Shown in pieces: positions 59,941 to 64,000 of a stretch of 64,000 nucleotides of DNA; position 1 is the stretch's first letter, and each line of letters opens with the position of its first letter. This DNA comes from Lama guanicoe (taxonomy: Eukaryota): positions 689,565-753,564 of the forward strand of contig MU053823.1 in the NCBI GenBank assembly GCA_013239625.1, given 5' to 3'. Under the pieces are notes generated by a model. It had not been told where the DNA came from and did no database searches. It saw nothing but the letters and a program-made list of their open reading frames with translations. The translations under genes were made by a program, and so were the position numbers.

Positions 59941-61894
59941 CTTCAAACTTATCATGAGAAACCATAAGGAAACTCACACTGGGGCACACTCTACAAAGTA
60001 ACTGATGAACACCTGTCAAAAGTGACAAGTCAGAAAGGCAAGGAAGAACTGAGGACCTATTTCAGTTTGGAAGGAACTAAGGAGGCAGGACAAAACTAAG
60101 TCCAAGATGCAATCTTAGATTGGATCCTGAAGCAGAGAAATGATGGAATATCTGGTGAAATTTGAATCAGTTCTGTATTTAGTTAATAGTATTGTACCAG
60201 TACTATTATGTACCATATTATGTACTATAATTTCTTACTTTTGGTAAATATTTTATGGTTATATAAGATATTAACATTAGGAGAAGCTGGGTAAAGGTAT
60301 ATGGAACGCTGGGCTATTTTCACATTTGAAAAATAAGTCTCAAGTTATCTTTTTTAAAAGTCTGTTATGAAGACTTTTAGGAATAAAATATCCTGGGAAA
60401 TCTTTAGTTTGATTTTTATTTTTACTGCTCTTAATGGAGCCTAGTTTGTTACATCAGTGAGCCATCAGGGCTATCTTGTTTGCAGGAACTTGCCAGAGTT
60501 ACTTTTTACTTTTTTTTTTTTTTTAAACTTTCCTAACTTACTTGGCCTCTTGAGCCAGGCCATAATCTGAATTGCCAGGGGCCTTGGTTTTTTTGACAAT
60601 CCAAAGGAGAGTACAGCTCAGAACTCTTCTGAAGTCTTAGGCTTAATGAGGACGTCAGCATACCCCTGGAGGTTTGCATTAAGTCCAAACATATTTTTCA
60701 CCTATTACTTCCGGACTAATTGGAGGCAGGTGTGGAACCAGAGGCCATTAACTTCTCAAGGACTAGAATTTCTGGTTGATAGTGAAAGAGGAGAGAGGTG
60801 ACGCCAATGCTAATGAATGGACTCAAACTTTTCATAATAACAATAAAAGCAAAACCCCCTTTAGGAGATGCCTGGTTTGACATCTGGTCTCAATATGGTA
60901 TCAGGAGACCTGTGTTGCTCAGCACAATCATAAAGTTGCTAAAGTTTGTGACAGCAGCACCTGCTCCCCATCACTGTTCTGCTGGTCCACATCTGATGCT
61001 TCGCCCAGTTCCCTCAACCATACTATGCCCATTCTTTGCCAGCCCCCCTCCAGCCCCTCTAGTGGAACTCCACAGTTAGCCCACCTTAAGATAAATCTGT
61101 TCTTGTAATTATGCAACATTGTCCTCCCTAACTCTTCTTCCATAACTTCATACGATGCACAGCTTTGTTAGAAATTAACAATGATTTTCCTTTTATATAT
61201 TCTGCTATTATATTTAGGAGATGCCTTTAAGGCCCAAAGAAGTGATTTTTAATGGTAGGATGTAATTTACTCTGACATGTTGATTGAGGGAGAAATTTTT
61301 GATCCTGTAAATGTCTAGAGGCAATCCTTCCCAGGAATGCAAGAGCTGGGACGTCCTAGGTTTATAATGCTGTCTGTGTCATTGACCACCTGAAGATTAG
61401 CCTGATTTCCCACCTGCTAAGAGGACACTGCACCTTCCAAAATATTGTGTCTGATAAACATGAAGTTAGATTCTGATCTTATATCATTTATAATGACTCA
61501 GAGATCCAATAATTTAATTTTAGTTGTCAATATAGCCCAAATATTTCTAACTTATATTTTTCAGTGTGTAATAAATGCAGGTCCAGATATTTCAAGATAA
61601 TTTATCGGGTTGGTAATTAGGATACACACAGTTCTGTCGAGAGTTTCTGGCCTTTTAAAACTCTTACAAAGCTGAGTGCCATGTACTCAAAACATTGGAA
61701 TTTCAGATTAGTAATAAGTATTTTTTGCTAATCTGATCTAATCCCATCATTTTATAAACAAAGAAACAGAGAGAATAAGAAATTTACCTAATCACATATT
61801 TAATTTGTGGTCTAGAGGCAGCTAGAACAGAGAACTCTAGATGGCTAGACGTTCTTCCCACCATAGCCGCACCATTTACACATTTTCTTTAAAA

Positions 61895-62315
61895 ACCTTT
61901 AACAGCTTCACTGAGGTATATTTGATATAACAGAACTGCACATATTTACTGGGTACAATTTGATGAGTCTGGACATAATGCAAACACCTATGATGCTATT
62001 ACCACAGTCAAGGTAACAGACACGTCTAGCACTGCCCAGAGTTTCCTTGTGTTCCTTGCTCTGTGTCTGTGTGGCCAGAGCATTTAACGTGACATCTACC
62101 TTCTTAACAAACTGTGACGTGCACAGTGCTGTATCGTTCACTACGCCGTTGCTGTGGCACAGCAGACCTCTGGAATTTGTTCATGTGGCATGACTGAAAC
62201 TTGACACCCATCGAACAACAACTGCCCATTTCTCCCACTCTCCAGCCCCTGACAACTTATATTGTAGTCTTTGCTTTTATGAGTCTATTTTAAGTGCCTC
62301 GTGTAGTGGAATTAG
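61895..62315 (-). mobile_element. Old LINE-1 3' end (L1MA/MB-like)
   Basis: CTGAGGTATATTTGATATAAC...CAGCAGACCTCTGGAATTTGTTCAT...CTGAAACTT. Confidence 0.7.
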
Positions 62316-63361
62316 TATTTTACGTAATCCTCAAATCAACTTTGTAAATAATACATTTTTATTATGTTTTTTTTTTCTGTGCAAACAAGGGTACTGAGGT
62401 TGAGAGCACTTGTTTAGCTTGCTTGCTTAGCTTACTCAGCTGTTGATTGGCAAAGCCAGAATCCAAATTATGGCAGTCTTTGGATTATTCGAGTAAATGG
62501 AATATAATCTATAATAACTTTATAATCTATAACAGATTTGGAGTATTTGGAGTAAATGGGGTATAATCTATAATCTATAAAAATACTGAATCACTATGCT
62601 GTACACCTAAAGCTAATATATTGTAAATCAACTATACTTCATTAAAAAAAAAGTCTAGCAGTTGGGTGGAGCATGAAGTGTGATGTACTGAGAGATCATG
62701 GTCAAAAATGAGACTGGATTGCTAAACAGGGACTTAGGTTAGTAGGGTTTTGTACATAACACTAAAACAGTTTCTTAGAAAAATGAGGAACCAAAGCCCG
62801 GACGTGGCGAAACAAGGTTTGCCACAGAAAACCTGTGGCAACAGTGTGGAGGATTGGGGGGGGTGGGTAAGTCAGTGTTAGGCAACAGCCATTGACATCT
62901 AAGTGAGATATAATTGTGTGATAATAAGGAGTGAGAGTGGTGATGGGGAACATTTCGCAGATGTTAGACCTGAGGAGAATTTACCTACATATGGCAAGTT
63001 CATAACATGATAGATATTTAATTTCAACTGAGAAGATATGATTTAGATATTTCTGAAACAGACCATGGAGATCATTGAGTCTGCATCTTCTATTGCTGTG
63101 TCCCTAGTTAGAGGCACTTGGGATCATCTGAAGCATAATCCATAGCTGCCATGAGAGGAGGAGCTTGCGGGGAGAGCGGACCCATCACCAGAAGGGAATC
63201 CTGCCAGTTCACTTTGTTGACTCTGGACAGAGTTCAAAACAACTCCATACGTTACCAGGGAGTCTCAGGCTGCCATTCAAGTACTCCCTGTCAATGCCTG
63301 ACTCTGTGAATACATGTCCGTACAATACTCTCTGATCTCATGTTCTCAGTTGCTGTTTATT

Positions 63362-63555
63362 CTACGACGAGCCACCTTTATTCATAAGGAACCCCTTCTC
63401 TTGCTCTTTGAAAATCCATATGATAATTCCCTGGTCCCCAAATATATTCATACCCCACTGATCACAGCTGAGACTGGATTTACAGTTCAAGTCTTCCACC
63501 AGTGTAAGAATCTTCAATTGTTTTATGAAGAATTTGCTTCTCAAATTTTAATCAC
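63362..63555 (-). pseudogene. Putative relic of a Mincle-like terminal CRD exon ('relic A')
   Basis: After the acceptor TGCAG| in phase 2: *LKFEKQILHKTIEDS (cf. [15 protein letters not shown]). Then, after a frameshift, QWGMNIFGDQGIIIWIFKEQEKGFLMNKGGSS* (cf. WGWNDxxC-x7-CK and the recalled human Mincle end LNKGKSL*). Confidence 0.45.
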
Positions 63556-64000
63556 CTGCACATGTATGATGTCAGCCTGCTGAAACTAAGATAGAAGTTG
63601 CTAATACTGAAATAAAGTGTCAAGGGAAATATAGTTCAGTTACAGAAATGTATTTGCTACTTTTGTTTTCTTCCTTTCCCTGTTCTCAATGCGTATCTGA
63701 AACTCAGTCATTTCCTCTGAAGCTCTAAGAACATACTATTTCCAGTTTTTCTAATTCATTTATCTTCTCTACTTATACTAAGTATTTGACATTTGCTTTC
63801 TTTGAAACACCTGCATTGAGGTTCACTTAAGTATTAAGGAAACTTTAGAAGAGATTATTTTAAGAACATTGTAAGTTGTAGCAGCTACTATACGAATACA
63901 TTAAAGAAGCTATAATGTTTGATCAACTGTTATTTCCCACTGTGTCCCTCCCTCTAAAATTCTCAGTATGTAAATTCTCTTAACTTTAATCCTAAGTTAT

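Larger units (their letters stand above)
56124..61000 (-). pseudogene. Putative highly decayed CLEC4-like gene relic ('relic B')
   Basis: Minus strand, in order: ~61000-60909 block paralogous to 54932-54979; 59499-59360 ITD*NCCPL..FFQSS...TFWSPGEKR; 57090-57026 TDPTLACKWI..AG|GTAGTT; 56230-56124 CNNDG-CFTGKDGACEA* (WNDxxC-x7-CE spacing with one frameshift). Confidence 0.42.

Overview
Mammalian genomic DNA, not prokaryotic, so the six-frame ORF track is mostly noise and genes were built by hand from splice signals. A recurring tRNA-derived SINE (GGGGAGGGTATAGCTCAGTGGTAGAG...GGTTCAATCCCCAGTACCTCC) suggests a camelid; this is inference. The window is the NECAP1 / Dectin-2-cluster locus. It contains intact NECAP1 (+, 8 exons, 275 aa) and intact CLEC4E/Mincle (-, 6 exons, 212 aa, EPN and WND kept). 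It also contains an altered CLEC4D/MCL (+): the expected start codon reads GTA, a GCCATGG sits at the start of the transmembrane segment, WND has become WKV, and the tail appears frameshifted. No intact CLEC4A or CLEC6A lies between NECAP1 and CLEC4D; a decayed four-exon C-type-lectin relic sits there instead (24.4-26.5 kb). Upstream of CLEC4E (52-63.6 kb, minus strand) I read collinear, very degraded exon relics of up to three more tandem Dectin-2/Mincle-like genes, at moderate to low confidence. Convergent CTCF motifs bracket the lectin genes. The rest is SINE/LINE/LTR/DNA-transposon sequence. Repeat family names and orthologue comparisons are from memory, not from searches.
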